Shown: positions 31,321-44,603, counted from the stretch's first letter. The stretch: DNA of 64,000 nucleotides from Eledone cirrhosa (GCA_964016885.1 OZ024752.1:4216001-4280000), one strand, 5' to 3'. Made by a program: numbers and translations. Notes: generated by a model not told the origin, from the letters alone.

Positions 31321-31792
31321 GGCACACAAACACACACAAACACTCACAGGTTTTTACCCTTTAACTTGTCCCCGTGTGGTCAGATACTTTTAGGAGAGCT
31401 GGACAGCAGAAGGTCTTCAGGGGAAAAAATAAAAAATAGAAATAAAAAATAAAAAAATTTGGCCCTTAACCTCTTAAACTCTAAGGGGTCCGGGCCATTT
31501 ATCAGGTTATGACCCCTGCGTGCTCTTCTACTGACATTTAACCACATGGACAATGAAGACTTGTGTATTTAAACTGTGTGGAGATTTTGTTGACCCCTTT
31601 GCAAATTTAAGGAAAACTTTAGGATTTGTTTTTAGACTTTCTATATCCTTGGCTTCTTTTACTGCCCTTTAGTTTTTTATGTGGGTATTTAAGTTCATTT
31701 TCAATTTCAAGCAGTGCCCATTTCAAATGGAATCATTTGTTGGCTTTTAACTGTATTTAACCCTTTCAAGACTACATTTCTAATGAAATACA

Positions 31793-32012
31793 CTATATTT
31801 TAATTAATTAATCGTTTCTACTTTAGGCACAAGGCCAGCAATTACCCAGTGCATTACTGGCACTTTATTTTATCGACCCCGTAAGGATGAAAGGCAAAGT
31901 AAACCTCGGCGGGATTTGAACTCAGACCGTAAAGGGACATAACTATGCTGGAAAGCATGGCGTCCCACTCTCTACCGATACTGCCAATCAACCTATATTT
32001 TAATTAATTAAT
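31793..32012 (-). mobile_element. SINE S1 (31813-31992) with 20-bp target-site duplication
   Basis: CTATATTTTAATTAATTAAT at 31793-31812 and 31993-32012. Confidence 0.9.
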
Positions 32013-32487
32013 GAAGAATTATGAGGGATTTACTAAAATTATTAATTATTTCATTACTAAGATAGCAACTTAATGTAAGGTTCTTATATAAAATTATGTT
32101 GGAAGATTTTAATTTAAATTGTGTTTCTCTCTATATTATATGGTGTATATGTTTCTTATTATTGGCTTGGCAACATGACCATCCCCAAATTATCAGTTAT
32201 TGATTACTATAGATAATAGTTGAGAAAATCAGATAAAGTACTCTTGGAGATGGAAAAAAGTGGACAGGGGCTACTTTACCTGATTTTCTATAGTTATAGT
32301 CATTTACCTAGAGGCAACTGCATTTCGAATTGTTACAATGTTTCTGATGTTTTCAGTCAACTGGATGTTCACATATATATATCTCCACTTCATCCTCAAT
32401 GTGATCATAGGACTTTTTATTTTTGTTTCATAAATGTGATCATAAGACTTTTTATTTGTGTCTTTGTTTTATTTGTTCAAATGTATG

Positions 32488-33037
32488 CATCATCATCATC
32501 ATCATTTTATGTCTGCTTTTCCCTGCGTGCAGCACAGCATCTCTCCACTTGTCATGGTCCTTCGTCGTCTCTTCCGTGAGCTTCAGCGATTTGAGGTGCA
32601 CTATCACCACCTCCGCCCATGTTTTTTGTGGTCTTCCTCTACTGCATCTTCCTTCTACTGGGATTTCTTGGCACTTCTTCACCCATCGGTCATCCTCTAT
32701 GCGCATCACATATCCATACCATCGCAGTCTCCTCTCTCACACACTACAATCTATCTCTCTTAGCCACAGTTTCTCTCTCAACACATCCATGCTCGGTCGT
32801 TCATGCACATTGACATTGCACATCCAACGGAGCATGTTTGCCTTATTTCTTTCCAGCAGTCGCATATCATCTGTAGTTGCTGCTCATGTCACACTACCAT
32901 GAAGCATTGTGCTCCTCACAAGGCATCTTATAACTGGCCTTTCGTACGCAGGGAGAAACCCTTCTTTGTCAACAGAGCAAGCAGCTCCCTAAAATCTTCC
33001 AACCCGTCCTTATTCTAAATACTATGGCTTCAGAACA
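32488..33037 (-). mobile_element. RTE family A 3' fragment, diverged
   Basis: ORF 32452-32709 [27 protein letters not shown]; (ATG)n tail. Confidence 0.9.
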
Positions 33038-33070
33038 TATATATATACACACACACACAGACAGACATTC

Positions 33071-33214
33071 TATTAAGGCTAAATAGTGAGTCTTGTTACT
33101 CTGGAGTTTTGCCTATTTATCACAGGGTCGTCCCTGTCTGATGACCCTGTGATAAACAGACAGAGTAACAAGATTTAACTTCAGAGTAACAAGATGTACT
33201 ATTTAGCCTTAATA
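33071..33214. mobile_element. Small fold-back element (MITE-like)
   Basis: TATTAAGGCTAAATAGT...ACTATTTAGCCTTAATA with inner hairpin TTATCACAGGGTC/GACCCTGTGATAA. Confidence 0.75.
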
Positions 33215-34102
33215 AAATGAATATTGAAACTCTACTTTTGTATTGAGTACTCTTTTCTCTCAGCTGCCAATCACATACGGATACATATATATATATAAAG
33301 GAGAATATATACATATATGTATATGTGTGTGTGTGATGTATGTATGTAAATGTATGTATGTGATTCATACATACGCATCTGTTTATTTGCTGCACTGGGT
33401 ACAAACTCAATGTTTTCTGTATGAAGATTTGTATTTCCCTAGAACTTCTCTTATTGAAACTATAGACTACAAAGTTCTTCATATTTCATCCTGCAGCCTC
33501 TACATACATGTAAGATATCCTATACTGTCATGTTTCTGTAAAAATGGTAACTTCATCTGATCAACCCAGCATGTGTGAGTGATGGTGAGGGAAGACTTCA
33601 AAAGAAGTTGTTTTGCAAAGACCATCAGTTGAATGTATTAAAAAGCATTTTTACATTTTATGTTGTTGCTTGTTTACTTGTCTTTTTTCTAACCGTTTTT
33701 CCAAGCTAGTATTATTTTGTGGGATGGTTTTTAGCAGCTCCGGATTCTGGCAAATTTGCATAATTTTTAAGAAATTGTTTTAGCAGCTGGATGATCTTCC
33801 TAACAGTAATCAGTCAACCAAAAATAATGAATGGAACCTGTTATTCAATCAGGCTGACTGTTGCAAATGTAATTTAGGGTCTTGGCCAGAAGAAGCACCA
33901 GAATATAACAATACTAAGATTCAATCTTAAAACCATTTATTTGGCCAGCAATCCAACTATCTTACATTACAGCTGCTATTTGTGATATTTTGACTAATGA
34001 AAGATCTGATTATCAACAGTTGATAATTCTAAGATATGAATTGGAAGAGATTTGAAGTATATTGTTGGAATTTATTAATTTGTCTTTATGTATATTTATA
34101 TG

Positions 34103-34141
<39 letters not shown>

Positions 34142-34160
34142 ATATATATATATATATATG

Positions 34161-34231
<71 letters not shown>

Positions 34232-34243
34232 ATATATATATAT

Positions 34244-34411
34244 AGTATTCTGTGGGCACTTGCTGCTACTTATTGCACCAGAGCACCGGCCACATATAAA
34301 ATCTATATTCTTAGTTAGCTTACCTGTGATCCCACTACATCTTTTATGCACCCATACTTTGAATTTGGGACATAAAATGGAGTTTCTGCCTACTCCTTTC
34401 CTACACACTGA
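34244..34411 (-). mobile_element. Isolated internal RTE fragment encoding the PHD-like finger
   Basis: [43 protein letters not shown]. Confidence 0.85.
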
Positions 34412-34427
34412 GTATATATATATATAT

Positions 34428-34772
34428 ATCATCACCATCATCATCATCATCGTTTAACGTCCATGTTCCACGCTTGCATGGGTTTGGACGGGAGTTTTCC
34501 CACTTGAGGCAAGAGTGGTTGTCTTGCTCGCATAGGACTGTCTGGTGGGTTTTCTACAGCTGGATGCCCTTCCTAACACCAACCACATTTACAGTGTGGG
34601 GCTGGGAGGTTTTTACCGTGTTGCCTACACGGCCACATTACAGCGTGGACTGTGTGTTTTTTGTCGTGACACCTACACGATCTCATTTGTTTCGGCCTGG
34701 ATGTTGTGGCACCAACATAACTTTACATTGAAAGGGGCGGTGTGGATGGGGTGGGGGTGGTGCGACGGGGGT
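34428..34772 (-). mobile_element. RTE family C 3' UTR fragment (another at 35910-36105)
   Basis: Reverse complement of ~12662-13000. Confidence 0.88.
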
Positions 34773-34780
34773 ATATATAT

Positions 34781-35397
34781 ATAATAACTAGAAATTGATT
34801 AACATATATATAAACATGAATAATCACAGGAGATAATTTTTACAAGTGTGTAACCACACATAGCTAGGTAGGTAACTAAATAAAGTTGACCAGAACTTCA
34901 AAAATAGATACCTTATAATATGATTAATCTTCCCTGTATATATTCCATTAAAGAAATATATTTCACCAATTAATCGGATGGTAAACCATGGAAGTGGAGA
35001 CTTGGATTTTCAACAAGGAAGAAATTTCCAGCGATCCGTGTTTACACTTCAAGTTCAAATCAGCGACTGGCTATCACCACGTGTAGTATTTACTAGAAAT
35101 ACACACATCATAGTAGCTTCGTCCCAGTGGCGTGAATAGGGTTATCGACAACTAGAAACAGCAATCGAGTCCTTTCAACAGAGTTAGCTCTACAATTAAG
35201 GAGCCGTATTTATATATCTATATCCAAAATTAAGATAAATTAAATGAATTTAATCTAAATCAAAATTATGGGTGTCATGCCAGAAAGACATGCGCCATAT
35301 CACCCGGAAAATAAGCTCTAAGATTCTAATGAGTAGGTCCGAGCATTTTATAATAACTAGAAATTGATTAACATATATATAAACATGAATAATCACA
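34781..35397. mobile_element. Non-coding 569-bp unit with 48-bp terminal direct repeat; homologous to 5057-5540 (PLE-associated)
   Basis: ATAATAACTAG...AATCACA at 34781-34828 and 35350-35397. Confidence 0.8.
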
Positions 35398-35724
35398 TAT
35401 ATATATGTATATATATATATATATATGTATATATATGCATATATATATGTATATATATATATATTTTTTTACACTATATATATATTTTTACACTATATAT
35501 ATATTTTTAAGTTTCTCATTTTAAATAAGGAGTGGCACCCCATTCTGAACTTGTTTATAGAATTCTTTCTGCCTTTGTTACTCTAAATATAAATTATAGC
35601 TTTAAAGAATTAGCTTTTAATGAATTCCTTTTTCTATCAACCAATGACCTCTACCCATCCCACTCCCAACCCTCTCCTACCACCTGAAGAGACCTATAAA
35701 TACCATATTTATTTTTTGATACCC

Positions 35725-35775
35725 AGATTCCTGATGATTTCTAAAGAATGAAACAGTTCTAGTCCTGTAGAATCT
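35725..35775 (+). ncRNA. Type I hammerhead ribozyme
   Basis: AGATTC-CTGATGA-tTTC taaa GAAt-GAAA-CAG ttctagtc CTG-TA-GAATCT. Confidence 0.8.
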
Positions 35776-36446
35776 CATCTATATTAAAACGTTTATACTC
35801 TGCTATGTAATGAGTACCTTACTTACTGTGGTTACCTCTGATTCAACCCGGAATAACATATACATATATATATATATATGTATATGCACATATATATATG
35901 TATATATGTATCATCATCATCATCATCATCATCACCGTTTAACGTCCGTGTTCCACGCTTGCATGGGTTTGGACGGGGGTAGTCCCACTTGAGGCAAGAG
36001 TGATTGTCTTGCTCGCATAGGACTGTCTGGCAGGTTTTCTACAGTTGGATGCCCTTCCTAACACCAACCACATTTACAGTGTGGGTCTGGGAGGTTTTTA
36101 CCGTGATATATGTATATGCATATATATATTTGTATATACATATATAAACCTATACATATATATGCATATATATATATATATATATGTATATGTTTATATA
36201 TGTATGCATGTGCATGTTTGCTAGAATAAGCCATTATTTCAACTGAGTAAACTCAACTGAAGAATAAGCAGATATATCACTTCACATTTAAGAAATTGTC
36301 ATTTTGGCCAGAGGCAATGTGCAACAGAGAATCACATGCTCCAACAATCCAGAATTAAATTTCACCAATCAAATAGTGAAATATCTTCAGCGGAACGAGA
36401 GATAGTCAAACATTGGAAGAAGACATAGAATTTCAACAACAAATAT

Positions 36447-36449
<3 letters not shown>

Positions 36450-36504
<55 letters not shown>

Positions 36505-37100
36505 GTAATAATGATTATAATAAAATAATTATAATAATAATAATAACGATAATGAAATGAAAGTAAAATAATTTTTAAAAGCAAAAAATTGAAACAAGGA
36601 AATGAGTAAATAAACACAAAATCCAAAGGGACAAAAATAAAATGATAAATAATATTATAACTGTTATTGAAGAGGGACATCACTACCATCAACAACATTG
36701 CCATGAACACAACCAACACCACCATCAACACAACCAAAACTACCATCACCACCATCAACACAACCATCACTACCACCAACACTCCCATCAACACAATCAA
36801 AACTACCATCACCACCACCATTACCACCATCAACACTTCTATCACCACCACCATCACTACCATCAACTCAACCATCACCACCACCATCACTACCATCAAC
36901 ACAACCACCATCACCACCACCACCGTCAACACCACCATCAACACTACCTTCACCACCACCATCACCACCACCACCACCACCACCATCACCACCATCACAA
37001 ACACCAACACCACCATTAACACAACCATCACCACCATCACCACCATCACCACCATCACCACTACCAACACCACCATCACAACCATCAACACCGTCACTAC
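36450..37100. repeat. (TAA)n followed by (ACC/ATC)n compound repeat
   Basis: Direct reading. Confidence 0.9.
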
Positions 37101-37301
37101 TCCCATGTAGTGCTAACATCTCCTTAACAATTCCAATATCCTATAAGCAAGCCATTCCTATGAGTATTTGTCACAACTCATGTGGAGAAATGTTGCAGAT
37201 AACACTGTGAAACATGTATTATGTGACACAGTGATACATGTTCTTACGTTCATACAGACCTCATGGTTTAACATAGAATCTGGAAACATCAAGATGATGA
37301 T

Positions 37302-37348
<47 letters not shown>

Positions 37349-37388
37349 TTCAAAATATTAACAATATAGATATTCTTGTGATCAAGTA

Positions 37389-37455
37389 TATTTTATTATA
37401 CATATTTCAGAGGTACTGAGTTAACTTCAACAGTACGTCCTCATCAGATAAAATA
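37389..37455 (-). ncRNA. Minimal type I hammerhead ribozyme (left arm)
   Basis: Mirror copy of 37629-37695. Confidence 0.82.
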
Positions 37456-37628
37456 AGATGATGCATGACATACCCTGACGTAGTAGATGGTTAAGTTTCA
37501 GTCACGGTAGTGAGTAATATATGATAAAACTCAATATTTATATACCTTAATATTGAAACATGAAAAAAACTCACTACCATGACTGAATCTTAACCATCTA
37601 CTATGTCAGGGTATGTCATGCATCATCT

Positions 37629-37695
37629 TATTTTATCTGATGAGGACGTACTGTTGAACTTAACTCAGTACCTCTGAAATATGTATAATAAAATA
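37629..37695 (+). ncRNA. Minimal type I hammerhead ribozyme (right arm)
   Basis: TATTTTAT-CTGATGA-GGAcGTACTG...CAGTACcTCT-GAAA-TATGTA-TA-ATAAAATA. Confidence 0.85.
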
Positions 37696-37831
37696 TAATT
37701 GATCACAAGAATATCTATATTGTTAATATTTTGAATTAATATTAATAACTCCAGAAAACTACATTGTTGAGTGCTTCCAATCTATTGTAAAACTCATTCT
37801 TTGATTTATTCATTGAAACTTGTTTAACCTT

Positions 37832-37977
<146 letters not shown>

Positions 37978-37989
37978 CATATATATACA

Positions 37990-38049
<60 letters not shown>

Positions 38050-38078
38050 CATATATATATATACATATATATATATAC

Positions 38079-38125
<47 letters not shown>

Positions 38126-38127
38126 CA

Positions 38128-38158
<31 letters not shown>

Positions 38159-38160
38159 AC

Positions 38161-38213
<53 letters not shown>

Positions 38214-38215
38214 CA

Positions 38216-38293
<78 letters not shown>

Positions 38294-38324
38294 CATACAT
38301 ATATATATATACATACATACATAT

Positions 38325-38379
<55 letters not shown>

Positions 38380-38382
38380 CAT

Positions 38383-40109
38383 ATCATCATCATCATCACC
38401 GTTTTACGTCCGTTCTTCCACGCTAGCATGGGTTAGACGGGTTGTCCTGTTATGTGCAGTGTCTGGTCGGCTGACCATGCCTTGCTCATACAGGAACTGA
38501 TCTGGCTTGATTTCTACAGCTGGATGCCCTTCCTAACACCAACCTCATTCACAGTGAGTGCTGGGTGCTTTTTCGTGGCGCCTACACGTCCACTTTACAG
38601 TGTGGGCTGGGTGCTTTTTTGCCGTGGCACCTCCACGACCACCTTGCGGTGAGGGGTGTGGGGGCATATTGTTTATATGCTTCGGCATGTACCCATGGGA
38701 GGTCGGGTACTCTGTATTACTGCGTGACGCCAGAAGTCACGGTCGTGTGTCATTGTCTTTGAGAGGTGTAGTTGGGTAAGGTCGGCTTTTATCACCTCAT
38801 CCCAGATCATCTTGGGTCTCCCCACTCCGCGGTTTCCATCAACTTCTAGTGTTCTGCACCTTTTTATGCAGCTGTCATCCTTCATACGGATCACATGTCC
38901 ATACCAGCGCAACCGCCTCTCCTGCACACAGCATTTGATTCCTCTTATGCTCAGTCTCTCTCTCAATTCATTTATGCTTTGTCGTTCACGTATATTACTG
39001 TTACACATCCATCGGAGCATGCAGGCTTCGTTTCTCTCTAATCTACGTAAGTCTTCCACCTTCAGCGCCCAGGTCTCACTACCATGCAACATCGCTGTTC
39101 AGATACACGCATCATACAGTCTGCCTTTCATCCTGAGGGAGAAGCCTTTTGCAGCTAGCAGTGGTAGTAGTTCCCTAAACTTCTTCCATCCCGTTCTTAC
39201 CCTAGTTATTGTACTTTCTGAACACCCACCTCCGTTGCTAATTCTGTCACCTAGGTAGCAGAACCTGTCTACTGTTTCTTCAGGGCCCTCCCAGAGATTG
39301 GTGGTACTTGTTTCCTGTGGCTGTTTGCTGCTTGCTGTTTCAGCACAGCTGCTGCATGTGAATCCTACATTCTTAATTAAGCTTCCTGAGATCCCGCTAC
39401 ATCTCTTGTGTACCCATTGTTTGCATTTGGGGCAGAGAATGGAGTTCCTACCTACACCTTTCCTACATACTGAGCAAGGCCATTTCCCTGAGGGGATCTA
39501 TGTTCTGTTTTCTCATCTACTTACAAGGACCTTAGTCTTTGTCATGTTGACTTTGAGACCCTATCTTTCTAGTCCCTGCTTCCAGGTTTGGAATTTATTC
39601 TCTAGTTCTACCATAGATTCAGCTATGAGTGCGAGGTCATCAGCATACAGGAGTTCCCATGGGCATCCGGTCTTAAACTCCTCCGTTATTGCCTGCAGGA
39701 CTATGATGAACAGGAGAGGGCTAAGAACAGAGCCCTGGTGGACCCCAACCTGTACGTTAAATTCCTCGCTATACTCATTGCTAATCCTAACTTTGCTGAC
39801 TGCTCCCCTATACATGGCTTGTACCGCTTTCACAAGCCATTCATCTACTCCTAGTTTTCTAAGAGCCCACCAGATTACCGCACGTGGAACTCTGTCAAAG
39901 GCTTTCTCAAGGTCGACAAATGCCAAGTAGAGTGGCTTACTTTTAGCTAGGTACTTTTCCTGTAATTGCCTCACAAGGAAGAGGGCATCAGTGGTGCCTC
40001 TTCCTGGTACAAACCCAAATTGCATCTCGTCTATTTTCACCCGGTCCCTAATCAGCTGTGCTATAACTCTTTCTGTTACTTTCATGACCTGGTCCATCAA
40101 CTTTATACC
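38383..40109 (-). mobile_element. 5'-truncated RTE-clade LINE (family B): RT, PHD-like finger, C-terminus, long 3' UTR, (GAT)n tail
   Basis: ORFs 39561-~40109 ([16 protein letters not shown]) and 38673-39092 (RRLRWYGHV). Confidence 0.94.
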
Positions 40110-40215
<106 letters not shown>

Positions 40216-40256
40216 TATATACATATATATATATACCTATATATATACATATATAC

Positions 40257-40289
<33 letters not shown>

Positions 40290-40344
40290 CATATATATAC
40301 ATATATATATATATACATATATATATACATATATATATATATAC

Positions 40345-40950
40345 ATACGACCACACCTTGAATACTGTTGTCCACTGTGGTCTCCCCACACGAAACAAAG
40401 TATCATGAAACTTGAACCTCTTCAAAGGGCAATCACGAAAAAGATAGATGGCATGTCAGACCTTGACTACTGGGGTCGATTAGAAAACCTGAAACTTTAC
40501 TCACTCCAACGTCGCCGTGAGCGTTATATTATCTGCATGATGTGGAAAATGTTCCATCATCACTGCCCAAATGATGTTGGCATCGCCTTCAAGATACACC
40601 CAAGGCTTGGGCCCCGTGCTATCCGTCCCATTCAAAAATCTAAATCGCAACTCATAACAACAATACGGCACAATTATTTCACCTCAATCGGCCCTGCTCT
40701 CTTCAACATCACACCAGGACACGTCAAAACAGAAACTGACCACACAAAATTCAAGAAGTCTTTGGACAAACTCCTCCAAGTAATCCCAGACAAACCACCC
40801 ACACCTGGATATGTCTCCGCAAACAGTAATTCTCTTCTCGAATGGGCCATGGTGCCCAAATCCTGAATTGAAAGACTTCGCCAGGTGGTGCTATTAAGTT
40901 AGACATGGCCTGGGCCAATACTGGCCAAAACATTTCAAAGTTATTCAAAG

Positions 40951-40952
<2 letters not shown>
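40345..40952 (+). mobile_element. CR1-group LINE 3' fragment
   Basis: [14 protein letters not shown]...[20 protein letters not shown]...GPALFN...IPDKP; TCAAAGTTA repeat tail. Confidence 0.88.
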
Positions 40953-40998
<46 letters not shown>

Positions 40999-41021
40999 AC
41001 ATATATATATATATATACATA

Positions 41022-41074
<53 letters not shown>

Positions 41075-41103
41075 GTCTATATATATATATACATATGTCT
41101 ATA

Positions 41104-41149
<46 letters not shown>

Positions 41150-41202
41150 CGTGGGAAAGTGAAAAATCGGAGAATAGACCGTTAAAACATGTTCATTGAA
41201 AA

Positions 41203-41248
41203 TATCACCTATGTACGTTTCGCCCAGTTGGGCTTCTCAAGGGCATAA
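41203..41248 (-). ncRNA. Variant hammerhead (U3-A8 core), left-arm copy
   Basis: Mirror of 41394-41438 with one stem III substitution. Confidence 0.55.
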
Positions 41249-41393
41249 ACAGTCACAAGTGTTCCTTATATAGTTTGGAAAGAGATTTGGGGGTTAAATC
41301 GACATCAAGATTCATTGTTCGAACAATGAATCTTGATGTCGATTTAACCCCCAAATCTCTTTCCAAACTATATAAGGAACACTTGTGACTGTT

Positions 41394-41438
41394 TATGCCC
41401 TTGAGAAGCCCAACTGGGCGAAACGTACGTAGGTGATA
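41394..41438 (+). ncRNA. Variant minimal hammerhead (U3-A8 core), palindromic stem III
   Basis: CC-TTGAGAA-GCCC aact GGGC-GAAA-CGTACG-TA-GG; stem I is weak. Confidence 0.62.
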
Positions 41439-41650
41439 TTTTCAATAAACATGTTTTAACGGTCTATTCTCCGATTTTTCACTTTCCCACGTCTTTACGC
41501 TCTGCTAACTCTCTAGCCCACTAAATATTAACACTTCGAATATTTAATACTGCCGGCACTAGTATCGAGCACCTTTGGCATACGCTACTTGGCAAATAAC
41601 TATATGTATCACCTATCCCTCCTTTTTTTCTCTCTTTCTCGATACGTAAA

Positions 41651-41859
<209 letters not shown>

Positions 41860-41860
41860 C

Positions 41861-41911
<51 letters not shown>

Positions 41912-41920
41912 AATATATAC

Positions 41921-42158
<238 letters not shown>

Positions 42159-42319
42159 TATATATATACATATATATATATACATACATATATATATATA
42201 CATATATATATATATACATACATATATATATATACATACATATATATATATACATACATATATATATATACATACATATATATATATACATATATATATA
42301 TATACATACATATATATAT

Positions 42320-42354
<35 letters not shown>

Positions 42355-42360
<6 letters not shown>

Positions 42361-43148
42361 GTACAACACAGCTACACTGGACCAGGAGGGATCGAAATTC
42401 CTGTGTCAAAATCAATACGAGACCTGGGAATAGACATGAGTGATGATGCATCTTTTTCCTCACACATCATGAGAGTGGCGACAATGTGCAGACGACTCAC
42501 TGGCTGGATCTTGTGGACTTTCCGGACAAGAGACCGAGACACCATGTTGACACTATGGACCTTGAAACCTATTGCTGGACTATTGCTCCCAGTTGTGGTC
42601 ACCCCATAGTGTCAAACTAACCACAGAGCTTCAGGCAATCCAACGAAGCTACACCAAGAGGATTGCAACGAGGAAGGAGATAAGCTACTGGGAGAGGCTA
42701 AAAGAACTGAACCTCTACTCTTTGGAACGAAGATGGGAGAGATACGCAATGATATACATATGGAAAATACTGGAGGGACTAGCACTTAACTTTGGCATTG
42801 GGAGCTGGACCAACCGTCGAACAGTATGTCACTGTGTGGTGCCAAAGATCCTGTCTTCCACATCTAGAATAAGGAGCAGGTATTGCAATAGCCTGGGATT
42901 CAGGGGCCCTCAACTCTTCCACAAGCTACGGAGGGATCTGAGAGATCTGCATGGTGTAGAGGTGGATGTCTTCAAGAAACACATCGACACCTTGCTATCC
43001 AGGATCCCGGATGAGCCCACAGCAAGACATGAGAGAAACCCAAGGGCAGCAGCAACAAACTCCCTCCTACACCAGTGGCCAACCAATACAGGCTGGAGAT
43101 AAAATGGCCTCAGCCGGATGGTTGGAACAGGTAAAAGAGTAAAAGAGT

Positions 43149-43149
<1 letters not shown>
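42355..43149 (+). mobile_element. CR1-group LINE 3' fragment (third family)
   Basis: [14 protein letters not shown]...; [10 protein letters not shown]...YWERLKELNLYSLERR; TAAAAGAG repeat tail. Confidence 0.88.
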
Positions 43150-43187
<38 letters not shown>

Positions 43188-44128
43188 CATATATCTATGT
43201 ATATGTGTGTGTGTGTATGTGTATGTAGCAATATCCGTAGATGGGAAAAGGAAACAAGGTTTCAAGGTCCATATTTCACCATACCAGAATACAAATAGAC
43301 ATTTCTAACCTTTCCTCAGGTTGCTTAAACTTTATATCAGTTATATATCAACACCATTTTTACATTAGTTTTTCCATGCTGCATGGAACAGTGTGGCACC
43401 AACAGAGGCCCGACACATACCTCTCTCTATGTGTATGTGAGCATGTATGTATGTGTGTGTAGCTATGTGTGTATGTACGTAAATGTTTGTATCTGTGTGT
43501 ATGTATGTGTGTGTGCATGTATATGTATCTCTATATATATGTATATATTACATCAGTGTAGTCTAATACATGTCAGGATTGATCTTAATTTCTCCTCCTT
43601 TACCAAAACTAGTCCCAAAAAGTACTACTCCTCCTCTCCCTCCCCGTCCCTGTCCTCTTCTCCCTCCTCTCTCCCCTCATCTCCACTCCCACTCTCCCCC
43701 CACCCCACATCTCCTCCCTCTCTCTCTATAATATGACCACATTGCCACATTCTGTAAGCTAAGCTAACTAACTAACTGTTCCCTATTTCAGCAGAAGTGT
43801 CACCTACATACAAACATCTAATAAGTTCTCTTATCATTAGGTTTCAGTACTGATAATCTTTGATGTATGTTCCACAAGGGATGCTGTAGCATCTGCCTGG
43901 CCTTATTTTTATGTTTATCAGCATCAATAACCCAGCAATCAGACTGAGCAACAGTGTGTATGTTTGTATTATATATATATATGTATCTGTGTATGTATGT
44001 TTAAATGTATGTTTGTATGAATCTATGTATGTATGTTTATATGTATGTAGTATGTTACATGTATGTATATTTGTCTGTAAGTATGTGTATATGTATGTAT
44101 GTTTATATGTATGTTTATATGTATGTAT

Positions 44129-44603
44129 CCTTTTGAAGCATCTCGAATTGCATATGAGAAAGTAAAAAGGGATGTGAGGAAGAGCATTACTGCTGCATTT
44201 CCAGGCAGCAAAGGTGCTCCTGTGGCGCTGACATGCAGCATTTGTGCAAGACTCTGCCTAAGCAAAGCTGGACTCGAAGGCTTTCTTCACAGTCATAAAG
44301 TGAGACCAGTGGTTGACTACCAGGCTGCTGTTGGAGATGCTACTCATCATGCCTGCCAAACATGTGGTAGAGAATGTAAATCAGCAGGAGGGCTCAAACG
44401 ATATGCAAAAGTACACGAACTCCAACCACAGCCGGCTATTCCCAGTGAATGTTTTGGTTGCCAACTCTGTGCAAGACATTTTAGATCATTGGCTGGGCTA
44501 AAAAGCCACATTCGATCACGGCCCTGTTAATTATTAATATATATGTGTGTTCTTTTTTTTATCATGCAATGGCCATACTCGATAACGAGAGGGCAACCAT
44601 CAT
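44129..44603 (+). mobile_element. Probable LINE 3' end encoding three degenerate C2H2-like zinc fingers
   Basis: ORF 44099-44530: CSIC..LCLSKAGLEGFLHSH, CQTC..CKSAGGLKRYAKVH, CQLC..FRSLAGLKSHIRS; ends ACCATCAT; embedded in simple repeat. Confidence 0.6.

Larger units (their letters stand above)
37342..37742. mobile_element. Fold-back element, 174-bp arms (37342-37515/37569-37742), 53-bp spacer; probable PLE-derived inverted LTR pair
   Basis: Arms are near-identical reverse complements; each carries a hammerhead. Confidence 0.88.
41149..41492. mobile_element. Spacerless 344-bp palindrome (172-bp arms, centre 41320/41321)
   Basis: Centre ATTGTTC|GAACAAT; only ~2 arm mismatches seen. Confidence 0.93.

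Noticed and set aside
36667-37110. Thr-rich mucin-like ORF (also Asp/Gly-rich 29857-30222)
   Set aside because: Trinucleotide repeats open in several frames on both strands; no coding evidence
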